35,494 bases of DNA, taken from IMG/VR virus record IMGVR_UViG_2724679140_000015. One strand, written 5' to 3'. The position numbers were made by a program, and so were the translations under genes. Under the pieces are notes generated by a model that saw nothing but the letters and a program-made list of their open reading frames with translations, was not told the origin of the DNA and ran no database searches. Below, in pieces: positions 18,818 through 26,857 of the stretch (the stretch's first letter is position 1; every line of letters starts with the position of its first letter). Origin of the DNA: a virus (lineage: Duplodnaviria; Heunggongvirae; Uroviricota; Caudoviricetes).

Positions 18818-20340
18818 CAGAATCCCTCCAGTATACGGGCCGCCTGACGACGTCGTCGTGAGCTTGCTTTCACCGGCCCTTTGTTAATTTCACGGCTGGC
18901 GAAATACGCCAGCGCCAGTGCGATGGCTGAATCCCCGTGGCGTTTACCACCATCAGCCTTTGCTTTTGAGCGTTGCTCCGGCACGCGGGGGACACCGTTC
19001 ACCACCTGAACGGCCCGCAGGTCATCCAGTGTGTCTTCATCTTTTGGTAAGTCCACCAGGTTACCGTCTTCCAGTGCAGCTTTGACCGGAGGCATATGTT
19101 CCCGGTACCAGCCTTCGGTTGGCATCACCTGCTGAACCCGGCTGGAGCCGTAGCGCTGCATGGCGTATTCAGCCAGATAGGCACCATTACCACGGGCATC
19201 AAACGCTGCACCCAGCAGACCGGGCAGTCCATCCATCAGATACCAGGTGATTTGCTCCTGCTGTCTGAACGGCACGTTACGCAGCTCCAGTACAAATGGC
19301 ACGCGTCGTACCAGGTTCTTCTCCTGCAGCAGGGGATAGTCCACCGACAAATCACCGCTGCGGCCAAAGTCGCGCCCCAGGAAAGAGCGGGCATCAGTGG
19401 GGAGTGCCTCCAGCAATGGTTTCAGATGCTCATCAAGCCAGTCCTGCGTCTCGCGGAAGCGAACCTCATCAGACAGCAGTTCATAACCTTCCTGACAGGT
19501 CAGACGCAATACCGGCGTATCAGCGGACATGCGGGACTCTATCAGGGCACGGGACAGCCAGGCACCGCCACCGTTGGCCGGAATACAGTCAAGCTCTTCG
19601 GATGCGCCGGCACCGTAGAATTTGTACACCGATGCCATCCAGGCCTGCTCGGATGCCTCCGACCATTCCTTCCCGGTGCGCAGACAGACGCGCCGGAACA
19701 GCCCCTCAGATACGGCTTCCCGGAAAGTGATGCGATGTACGCTGCCTCCCTGACGTCCGGTACGGATATCCCCGATAAGCGTATTGAACGGATTGTCGTC
19801 ACCGTTATGGGTGGAGATAACGCGTACCTTTCCCCCCCAGATAAGCATCGCCAGCGCCGCTTTCAGCAGTTCGTCCAGTTGCTCATGGAACGCCGCTTCG
19901 TCGATAACAATAATACCCTGACGGCCACGCAGGTTAGACGGGCGGCTGGAGAGCGCAACAATACGAAAGCCGGAGTCAGGAAATTTGATGGTGTAAGTCT
20001 TGATGTGTTTGTCGTCGTCGTCCTCTTCCCAGAATCCTTCTTCAATTTCACTGGCCGCATAGTTGAATGCCCGTGCCCACATCGCACACGCCTGAATGTA
20101 TTCGACGGTCATGTCCTGGTTATAGGCGATGTAATACACATTCATCCCGCCTGCTGGCGCAGAAGAGGCGGCGGTCAGTACGTTATCGGATGCCTCAGCC
20201 CATGTAATACCGGTACGACGGCTCTTTTCCATCACCTTAAGCGGAGAGGCATCTGCCACCCAGCGTTGCTGATAAGGCAGCAGCACCGGTGGGGCTGCAC
20301 ACGCTGTTGTGTCCGGGATATGCGAAGGGATGTTCATCAT
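18817..20340 (-). CDS. terminase large subunit (Mu gp28-like)
   Basis: 507-aa ORF; position between small terminase-like gene and portal. Confidence 0.7.
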   Translation of the reverse strand: MMNIPSHIPDTTACAAPPVLLPYQQRWVADASPLKVMEKSRRTGITWAEASDNVLTAASSAPAGGMNVYYIAYNQDMTVEYIQACAMWARAFNYAASEIEEGFWEEDDDDKHIKTYTIKFPDSGFRIVALSSRPSNLRGRQGIIVIDEAAFHEQLDELLKAALAMLIWGGKVRVISTHNGDDNPFNTLIGDIRTGRQGGSVHRITFREAVSEGLFRRVCLRTGKEWSEASEQAWMASVYKFYGAGASEELDCIPANGGGAWLSRALIESRMSADTPVLRLTCQEGYELLSDEVRFRETQDWLDEHLKPLLEALPTDARSFLGRDFGRSGDLSVDYPLLQEKNLVRRVPFVLELRNVPFRQQEQITWYLMDGLPGLLGAAFDARGNGAYLAEYAMQRYGSSRVQQVMPTEGWYREHMPPVKAALEDGNLVDLPKDEDTLDDLRAVQVVNGVPRVPEQRSKAKADGGKRHGDSAIALALAYFASREINKGPVKASSRRRRQAARILEGF

Positions 20341-20885
20341 GATGCCACTCCCAGAATTTCCCGTCGCAGTGCCTGTACAGCATCCGCAGACAGCCCGCCC
20401 TTACGGGCAATTTTCTCGGCAGCGGCGGCAGCACGTTCAACCCTCTCCCTGACTTCTGCCTGATAGCGCTTGAGGGTGACCGAGGCGCGGGTCAGTGTGG
20501 CGATATTTTTTGAAGCCGTTGCCAGCAGTTTTGCCCGGGCGAAGGGATCGTCATTTTCCCGCGACTCCTGCAGGCGCATCAGGATGTCCGTCATTTCGGT
20601 CTGGACGAGGGTTATCAGCCCGGCTGAACGGTCATCAGGATCGTCTCCGGCCTCCCGAGCAAGCAGACGTGCCGCCTCGGTTGCTGCCCGCACACGGGCC
20701 AGTTGCTGCTCCATTTTGTAGCCAAACCGCTGCAGGGAAGAGCGGGTGATGCTGTAACCCCTTTCCTTCAGCAGGCTTTCAAGCTCTGCATAGCCGGTGA
20801 AATTATTCTCCGTCAGTGCCCGCTCAATCCAGCGACGGACCTCCTTCGGCAGAGAATCAATGCTGCTGCGACGTCCCATAATCAC
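20337..20885 (-). CDS. small terminase-like DNA-binding protein (Mu gp27-like)
   Basis: 182-aa ORF overlapping the start of the large terminase gene. Confidence 0.5.
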   Translation of the reverse strand: MIMGRRSSIDSLPKEVRRWIERALTENNFTGYAELESLLKERGYSITRSSLQRFGYKMEQQLARVRAATEAARLLAREAGDDPDDRSAGLITLVQTEMTDILMRLQESRENDDPFARAKLLATASKNIATLTRASVTLKRYQAEVRERVERAAAAAEKIARKGGLSADAVQALRREILGVAS

Positions 20886-21193
20886 TCACTCCAGTATTTT
20901 TCCGGGCGGGCAATACCGGGGCTGCATTCCACGGTGTATTCCACAATATCCACCCCAAGGCGGCTCAGATCGGCAAACCAGTCACCGGACGGTCTCCTCT
21001 CCAGTTCCACCATTTTGCGATCTGCCAGGTAATCAAGCTCACGGCGCAGCTCCAGTTGCGTGGTGTCCGGGTAGATGGCGCGGGACACTTCCAGCAGCAA
21101 CGTCTCGCTGGCGGTGTAAGGGCGGGTTTTGTTCAGGGCAACCAGCAGACTCCAGCGCAGGGATTCGCGGCGTACCCGGGTAATATCGACCAT
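20882..21193 (-). CDS. hypothetical protein
   Basis: 103-aa ORF translationally coupled to neighbours. Confidence 0.35.
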   Translation of the reverse strand: MVDITRVRRESLRWSLLVALNKTRPYTASETLLLEVSRAIYPDTTQLELRRELDYLADRKMVELERRPSGDWFADLSRLGVDIVEYTVECSPGIARPEKYWSE

Positions 21194-21519
21194 TATTGAC
21201 CTCCGGTATTGCGGTACTGCTGTACCACTTCCAGTTTGTTGTAAAGCGCGTCCAGTTTGGCCTCGATAACTGTCTGGCCACGGATATAATCCTCGCGACG
21301 GACATAATTCAGCGGTAAATCCGCCTTAAATCGCATAAATTCTTTTTCCAGCTCGCCCCAGTTGGAGGCGGACTGCTGCAGTGACTGCTCAAGAGAGGCG
21401 AATCGTGCAGTCTGGCGTTCTTCCGCTTTACTGAACAGCCATTTGGCGAGCCCTCCCACAAACCCCATGAAGGTGAGCAGAAAACTCACCACCGTCCAGA
21501 ATTCAACCTGCAGTGTCAT
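21193..21519 (-). CDS. hypothetical membrane protein
   Basis: 108-aa ORF with N-terminal hydrophobic segment. Confidence 0.35.
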   Translation of the reverse strand: MTLQVEFWTVVSFLLTFMGFVGGLAKWLFSKAEERQTARFASLEQSLQQSASNWGELEKEFMRFKADLPLNYVRREDYIRGQTVIEAKLDALYNKLEVVQQYRNTGGQ

Positions 21520-22166
21520 TTCTGTAATCCTTCCCGTTCATTCAGCAGCGCGTTTATCTGGTTCCGCCAGCGACGACATTGCCCTGCGTTGTCGATGATA
21601 TTGGCGAGGACGTCACGCTGGGAGACACCCGAATTGCGTAACCGGGCGTCAGCGGTTTCAGGTTGCCCGGTCGCTGCGCCAGTGCCGGTGCCAGCGGCGG
21701 CAGTTGCGTCTGAATGACCGGTGTCGACGGATGCGTTGTCATATCCGAGTGCGGCGTTGTACTGGCGCACGAAACCGCGAGTAAACACGCACTCAATGGG
21801 ATGGCTCTTACCTTTTTCATCAATCCAGCGCTGTGTGACATCGTTAATTTGCCCCTGTAGTTGTTTGTTCCGGCTCTCCAGTTGAGCAATCTGCTCAAGG
21901 TAACTGGCTTCAGCCTGCTGCCCGGCGGCCACCTGCTCCTGATACCGTTTTGCCCATGCTCGCAACGCAGCGTTCTCAAGCATTGCCTGCTCCGTTTTGT
22001 ACGCGTCAAATGCTGACTGCAACTGACTGAGCGCGGTATCACCGTCACGCTTTGCAGAGTCATGACCACTTCTGTATCCCATGGCATACAGGCCGATCAG
22101 AAAGGCATTGATAAGAATGGCCAGAAGAATGCCGCGCCATGGCAGTTTTTTAACCAGATGCCACAC
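21516..22166 (-). CDS. candidate i-spanin (Rz-like)
   Basis: N-terminal transmembrane segment followed by coiled-coil-like region, immediately downstream of the endolysin; GTG start at 22166 preceded by GGAGG (ORF track extends to 22268). Confidence 0.4.
   Translation of the reverse strand: MWHLVKKLPWRGILLAILINAFLIGLYAMGYRSGHDSAKRDGDTALSQLQSAFDAYKTEQAMLENAALRAWAKRYQEQVAAGQQAEASYLEQIAQLESRNKQLQGQINDVTQRWIDEKGKSHPIECVFTRGFVRQYNAALGYDNASVDTGHSDATAAAGTGTGAATGQPETADARLRNSGVSQRDVLANIIDNAGQCRRWRNQINALLNEREGLQK
21554..21820 (-). CDS. candidate o-spanin (Rz1-like lipoprotein) embedded in the +1 frame of the i-spanin gene
   Basis: Internal Met followed by signal peptide ending in a lipobox-like LAVSC, then Pro-rich sequence; wholly inside 21516-22166. 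Confidence 0.4.
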   Translation of the reverse strand: MKKVRAIPLSACLLAVSCASTTPHSDMTTHPSTPVIQTQLPPLAPALAQRPGNLKPLTPGYAIRVSPSVTSSPISSTTQGNVVAGGTR

Positions 22167-22890
22167 AACTGCTGCCTCCCCATGTGAGATATCGCGGTGC
22201 CAGCTCACGCAGAATGCGTTGCGGATAATGACGGTTCTCCCGCCAGCTGGCCGCATTGCGTCCGGCATTCACCGTGGCGACATGACCAAACCAGCGGGTG
22301 CTGTCCAGACCTTTCTGTGATGCAAGCCGCCTGTCCCGTTGTACCCAGCCCAGACCACCGTTATAGCCCGACAGTGTCATGGCCATACGCTCGCAGTCGT
22401 TGGCGGCGCTGACGCGCTGCCACAGCCAGCGGTCATAGCTGACCAGCGCCCGGATAGCCCATGCAGGATTAAACGGCTCACGACTGCTCAGCATCGGTAT
22501 CAACTGGCTTATCCAGTCGGCAGTGGCAGGCATGAACTGCGCCAGTCCTTGAGCGCCAGCCGGTGAGACCGCATCAGGTCGCCAGCCGCTTTCCTGATGC
22601 AGTTGCGCGGCAAAGTCGGCCACCGGCGCAGACAGTCCCCATTCAAGCCGGGCATTACGGATCACATCATCGCGATACTGCAGCGCAGCCTGCGGAGGTT
22701 GTGCTGCGCATGCCTGGCTGAAAAAGCCGCCACACCAGAGCAATATTGCGACAAAGAATACCCATGCCATATGAACCAGAAAGGTCCCGGCGCGGACTGA
22801 CAGGCGTTCGGTTCTGATGAAGACCCGAAAGGCTTCGAAAGCCAGTTTCAGGGACATGCATACAATCCAGGTGATCTGCGGCCAGTTCAT
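22150..22890 (-). CDS. endolysin, lytic transglycosylase (SLT domain), possibly signal-anchored
   Basis: GLAQFMPATA motif typical of SLT domains; N-terminal hydrophobic stretch; alternative start at 22770. Confidence 0.65.
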   Translation of the reverse strand: MNWPQITWIVCMSLKLAFEAFRVFIRTERLSVRAGTFLVHMAWVFFVAILLWCGGFFSQACAAQPPQAALQYRDDVIRNARLEWGLSAPVADFAAQLHQESGWRPDAVSPAGAQGLAQFMPATADWISQLIPMLSSREPFNPAWAIRALVSYDRWLWQRVSAANDCERMAMTLSGYNGGLGWVQRDRRLASQKGLDSTRWFGHVATVNAGRNAASWRENRHYPQRILRELAPRYLTWGGSSCVASG

Positions 22891-22892
22891 GA

Positions 22893-23243
22893 TTAAAGCC
22901 CCATCGCAACAGCCAGGCAGACCGCTGCAACAATCAGTGCACGGCGGATTAACGCAGCAGAAAACACCAGGTGAAGGCCGGTCTGTACCGGGAAACGCCC
23001 TTCAGCCATCAGCCTGTCGTCATGTTTCAGGTACTGACCGGGACGGGCTTTGGGGAAGAGCGAACGGTCAAGCCAGTAACCCAGCACTGCTGCCAGCGTG
23101 ATGAGTGCCAGCTTGTAGATCACAACAGGCAGTTGCTGTGGTGAGACCAGAGCGATGGTGCCCAGCAACAGCACTGAGGTCAGCAGCCAGCCGCTGAGGC
23201 GAGGTTTTTTAACAGGGGGAATGAATGTTTTCAGGTTTTTCAT
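22893..23243 (-). CDS. putative holin (small membrane protein)
   Basis: Two to three predicted transmembrane segments; AAGGAG 6 nt upstream of ATG at 23243; immediately upstream of endolysin. Confidence 0.45.
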   Translation of the reverse strand: MKNLKTFIPPVKKPRLSGWLLTSVLLLGTIALVSPQQLPVVIYKLALITLAAVLGYWLDRSLFPKARPGQYLKHDDRLMAEGRFPVQTGLHLVFSAALIRRALIVAAVCLAVAMGL

Positions 23244-23373
23244 GTGTGTCTCCTTATCTGGTGGAGACAGCATCACAAATACAGGGCGCGAAGGATTTTA
23301 AAGCGCGTTAAGAGAGCCGGGGATACGGGATGTGCAGGATAAACGATGAATTATTCACAGAGGAGAATACGAT

Positions 23374-24117
23374 ATGACGCAGACACTGAATCCGGTCATC
23401 ACTGTCACCGTGTCCGGTCCTGTGGGCAGCGGTAAAAGTTACATATTGGCGCGGATAGAGGAAGTGGTGAAACAGGAATTCGGAAACAGCGTCATTGTCG
23501 ACGCCGCAGACGTGGACGGTGAGCGCCGTATGAGTGGGGGTGATCTGAGCACATGGCAGAAACCACGGGCAGGCACACTTATCCGACTGGAGGAATACAC
23601 AGAAAAAACTCCGATGTCATACAGCGAGGGATGCATTCTCCGGACGAATGCACTGCTGGATGTTATATGCCCCACAGGCCAGTACCCATGGACACTGCCC
23701 GATGCACTGCATGCCACTATTGCGGCACTGATGGCAGTTTACGATCAGGAGCTGCTCATGAAGGAGCTACGTAAACTCACTGGTCAGCCAACAGAATGTT
23801 TTTCGGCCCCGAAGTACGGGAAGCAGGAACACATCCCGGTGAACACAATCCCCGTTAACCAGCCTCCCCGGTTCTTCGACGAATACATTCTGACACCGGA
23901 AAATAAAGCTGAGCATGAAGTGATCAAAGAGGCGTTGTTCCGGGAAATCAGGAAGATTGCTGAAATGCAACTGGAGGGCGGGCTGGACAGAGTGATGGCG
24001 AGAGGAGAATGGGAATCGCTGTTTGAAAGAACTTCCCCGGAATTACTTCCCCTCGCACTGGCTATCGGGATTATGCAGACAGCGGATAAACCTCACTTAC
24101 GTTCATTAAACACGTAA
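23374..24117 (+). CDS. small P-loop NTPase/kinase-like protein, function unknown
   Basis: Walker A-like GPVGSGKSY near N-terminus; GAGGAG RBS 8 nt upstream of ATG. Confidence 0.5.
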   Translation: MTQTLNPVITVTVSGPVGSGKSYILARIEEVVKQEFGNSVIVDAADVDGERRMSGGDLSTWQKPRAGTLIRLEEYTEKTPMSYSEGCILRTNALLDVICPTGQYPWTLPDALHATIAALMAVYDQELLMKELRKLTGQPTECFSAPKYGKQEHIPVNTIPVNQPPRFFDEYILTPENKAEHEVIKEALFREIRKIAEMQLEGGLDRVMARGEWESLFERTSPELLPLALAIGIMQTADKPHLRSLNT

Positions 24118-24497
24118 CTCATAATCCGGGATACGCGTTCAGCGATGACTGCATTTTCACCGGTTTTTACTGCATCCAGAAGTGACTCTTTAAATGGTGC
24201 GGGCCGGGGCTGCAGAAGGGTCGGCGTGGCATTGAGCAGACGGAGCGTTTTTTCCGTGAGGACGACATCAGCCGCTCCCACAGCCAGCAACTGAGAGTAA
24301 CGAATATAGCTGTTATCCCGAAGCCATATCAGCGTATCAATAAAATACCGGCACTTTTTCTGGTCGTGATCAACCTGGTCCGGGATATCGAAAAAACCAG
24401 AATAAATCAAAACCTGAGGTGCCGGATGCGTGTTCAGTAATCGGCAGAATATTTTGCCGGTGAGTGCATAAAAATCATCATTTAAGGAGTGCATCAT
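24093..24497 (-). CDS. hypothetical protein, paralog 1 of a duplicated ~130-aa family
   Basis: Shares several conserved blocks with 24963-25343 (e.g. IFxRL, DTxxWLxxxxY, LNATP). Confidence 0.45.
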   Translation of the reverse strand: MMHSLNDDFYALTGKIFCRLLNTHPAPQVLIYSGFFDIPDQVDHDQKKCRYFIDTLIWLRDNSYIRYSQLLAVGAADVVLTEKTLRLLNATPTLLQPRPAPFKESLLDAVKTGENAVIAERVSRIMSYVFNERK

Positions 24498-24711
24498 GAA
24501 TCCCCGATTAACGTTAACAGAACATCAGCGCCGTGCTGAAGCAGTGAACAATGTTCTGGAAGATATTATCCGGTTACATCGCGGAGAACTGAGTGTCTGT
24601 CGTGCCACAGTTCATTTTCAGGAAATACAAAAGCAGTTTGATACTTCTGTTTTTGCAGAAGGTATTACTTATGCCCTGGACCAGATAAGGTCAGAAAATC
24701 GCCCCGGATAA
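24496..24711 (+). CDS. hypothetical 71-aa protein
   Basis: Strong AAGGAG RBS 6 nt upstream of ATG; start overlaps the divergent start of paralog 1. Confidence 0.35.
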   Translation: MNPRLTLTEHQRRAEAVNNVLEDIIRLHRGELSVCRATVHFQEIQKQFDTSVFAEGITYALDQIRSENRPG

Positions 24712-24902
24712 TCCCTAAACCACATTAACAGAAATCACTTCATCCCTGCCGCATCATGAAAGAACGACCAGCCCGGTGCTTCGGACCCACCGGGCTGGCC
24801 ATCGTCCCACAGAAGTGGCTGTGAGCCGACCGAGGTTCAGTCAGTCTCGCGAGACCAGACTAGCCTGCCATATTTTTAATAATTGTAAAATGTTTACAGA
24901 TT

Positions 24903-24956
24903 ATGAAAACGCAGACATTACCCATCGTTCCATGGATTGGTGGCAAACGCTGCCTT
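24903..24956 (+). pseudogene. truncated remnant of a Dam-like methyltransferase N-terminus
   Basis: MKTQTLPIVPWIGGKRCL matches the N-terminus of the intact gene at 25538 (MKEQSLPIVPWIGGKRRL); frame diverges and stops at 25004; upstream ~85 bp also duplicated. Confidence 0.45.
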
Positions 24957-24962
24957 GCGATA

Positions 24963-25343
24963 TTACATAAGACCACGAGACATATATTGCAGACCTATTC
25001 CTAGAGTCTGGCTAACCAGTGATCGCAACGCTTCTTTCCCTTCAATTTTTATAGAGTCAGATATTCTGGCCCCCAACGGTTTTTCCAGACTTCCAGGCGT
25101 AGCGTTTAATACCTCAAGACCTTTAGCCGTTAGCACTGCGTTGTGGATCCCCCCAGAACTACGCGCCCCGATTAAATAGCCACTGTTTTTAAGCCAGTCT
25201 ACGGTATCAAGAAAAAAAGTAAGTTCATTCTGTCTAACGATATCAACTGCCTTTATATCAATTTTGACGGGGAAAGATTCGTAGAGTCTCCCAAATATCT
25301 CACCAACTATTTCATTAAACCGCTCAATATTTTTTGGGGCCAT
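24963..25343 (-). CDS. hypothetical protein, paralog 2 of the duplicated ~130-aa family
   Basis: Likely start at internal ATG (MAPKNIERF...) at 25343; ORF-track start at 25427 probably over-extended. Confidence 0.45.
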   Translation of the reverse strand: MAPKNIERFNEIVGEIFGRLYESFPVKIDIKAVDIVRQNELTFFLDTVDWLKNSGYLIGARSSGGIHNAVLTAKGLEVLNATPGSLEKPLGARISDSIKIEGKEALRSLVSQTLGIGLQYMSRGLM

Positions 25344-25537
25344 GGTATTAGTAACTCCCTTTAATTGTCGCCCATGAAATATGCAAATAACATGAAAAGA
25401 GCGACTCACCTTGTGCAGCGAACACAAGGCGAGTCATCAACTTACAGGTATGAGCTGTGAGTCAACCGAGGCTCTTCCGTTCTCGAGAACAAGGGAAGCC
25501 TATCGCATTTTCATCTAATGAAAAAGGCTTACAGATA

Positions 25538-26302
25538 ATGAAAGAACAATCTTTACCCATCGTCCCCTGGATTGGGGGAAAACGTCGTCTGGCCAAACAC
25601 ATTCTGCCCCAGTTCCCACTCCATACCTGCTATGTGGAGCCATTCTGCGGCGCAGCAGCACTTTATTTTCTCAAGACTCCCAGCAAGATCGAAGTCATTA
25701 ACGATATCAACGGTGAACTGGTAAATCTGTATCGGGTAGTAAAGCATCATCTGGAAGAATTTGTCCGCCAATTCAAATGGGCGCTGGTTAGCCGGCAGAT
25801 CTACAAATGGCAGCAGATCACCCCGGAAGAAACACTGACGGATATCCAGCGTGCGGCACGGTTCTACTACCTCCAGAAGCAGGCGTTTGGGGGCAAGGTG
25901 GCAGAGCACAGCTTCGGCACCTCCACCACCTCCCCGCCACGCTTCAACCTGCTCCGGATTGAAGAAGAACTGTCAGCGGCACACCTGCGGCTTTCCAGAA
26001 CGGTGATAGAACACATGGACTGGCACCAGTGCATTAAGCGTTATGACCGTCCGCACACGCTGTTCTACTGTGATCCGCCCTATCTGGGGACGGAAGGCTA
26101 TGGTGTGGATTTTCCTGAAGAGAACTACACACTACTCGCAGAACTGGCACGGTGCATCAGAGGAAAGATGATTATCTCGGTGAATGACATTCCGCAGATG
26201 CGTCGGGTGTTCACTGAACTGAACATACAGACGGTGAATATCAACTACAGTCTGGCGGGGAAACCCACGCCGCGCCGTGAACTGGTAATCTGCAACTTCT
26301 GA
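25538..26302 (+). CDS. orphan Dam-like N6-adenine DNA methyltransferase
   Basis: N-terminal PWIGGKR and FCGAAA (AdoMet-binding-like) and catalytic DPPY motif; start at ATG 25538 preferred over GTG 25457. Confidence 0.7.
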   Translation: MKEQSLPIVPWIGGKRRLAKHILPQFPLHTCYVEPFCGAAALYFLKTPSKIEVINDINGELVNLYRVVKHHLEEFVRQFKWALVSRQIYKWQQITPEETLTDIQRAARFYYLQKQAFGGKVAEHSFGTSTTSPPRFNLLRIEEELSAAHLRLSRTVIEHMDWHQCIKRYDRPHTLFYCDPPYLGTEGYGVDFPEENYTLLAELARCIRGKMIISVNDIPQMRRVFTELNIQTVNINYSLAGKPTPRRELVICNF

Positions 26303-26308
26303 AACAAA

Positions 26309-26333
26309 ACCGGAAAGCACAATGCTTTCCGGT
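26309..26333 (-). terminator. hairpin (11-bp stem) followed by T-rich tract on the minus strand; likely terminator downstream of the repressor gene
   Basis: CCGGAAAGCA-CAA-TGCTTTCCGG read directly; minus strand continues TTTTGTTTC. Confidence 0.4.
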
Positions 26334-26418
26334 AAACCAAACAACTTCCACTATGTCACTGGCGATGTTTTCTGAAAGCATCCAGATCAACCACGCGCCC
26401 TTTGTGTCCAGGTCAAAA

Positions 26419-26757
26419 TCAGCCTGCGAGTTTGCTTGGTTTGGGTTGAATGAAGACTTTGCCGACCTCAAGAATTGCCCTCCGTTGTTCGGGGCTCATT
26501 TCGTCGAATGCATCCATTAACTCTTTCTTTTCTTGTGACACATAAGGTGCAACAACAGGCTGACTCCGCACCCCAGTAACTACATACAAAATATCTACAC
26601 CGATTTCTGATAGTGCAGATAACTGCACTGCAGTAGGAGAAGTGCGATCTTTTTCCCAATCAATGAAAGTTCTCTTTGCCACACCTATAGCATCAGCCAA
26701 CCCTTGCTGTGTAAGAGATAGACGCTCTCTTTCTTCTTTAATACGTAACCCGATCAT
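26419..26757 (-). CDS. phage repressor, XRE-family helix-turn-helix
   Basis: HTH-like LSLTQQGLADAIGVAKRTFIDWE; divergent from the ner-like gene; start at ATG 26757 preferred because the ORF-track start (26910) overlaps ner by 50 bp. Confidence 0.5.
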   Translation of the reverse strand: MIGLRIKEERERLSLTQQGLADAIGVAKRTFIDWEKDRTSPTAVQLSALSEIGVDILYVVTGVRSQPVVAPYVSQEKKELMDAFDEMSPEQRRAILEVGKVFIQPKPSKLAG

Positions 26758-26781
26758 GTGAGTTTTTCTGCACTCTTTAAG

Positions 26782-26810
26782 TTGACTGGTGAGATAATCT
26801 GCACCATAAT
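26782..26810 (+). promoter_or_regulatory. candidate early promoter (TTGACT-17 bp-CATAAT) with repeated ATAATCT motifs (operator candidates)
   Basis: Sigma70-like hexamers read directly, ~45 bp upstream of the ner-like start. Confidence 0.35.
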
Positions 26811-26857
26811 CTATCACACATAAGGCAAACATCATTGCATCAACAAAGGAGACAACG

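Noticed and set aside
19096-20463. 455-aa plus-strand ORF (and nested 19296-19730)
   Set aside because: Antisense to the large terminase gene; Arg/Pro-rich translation typical of antisense frames.
24963-25427. HEPN-like Rx5H motif (RSSGGIH) in paralog 2
   Set aside because: Not conserved at the aligned position of paralog 1; insufficient for a HEPN assignment.
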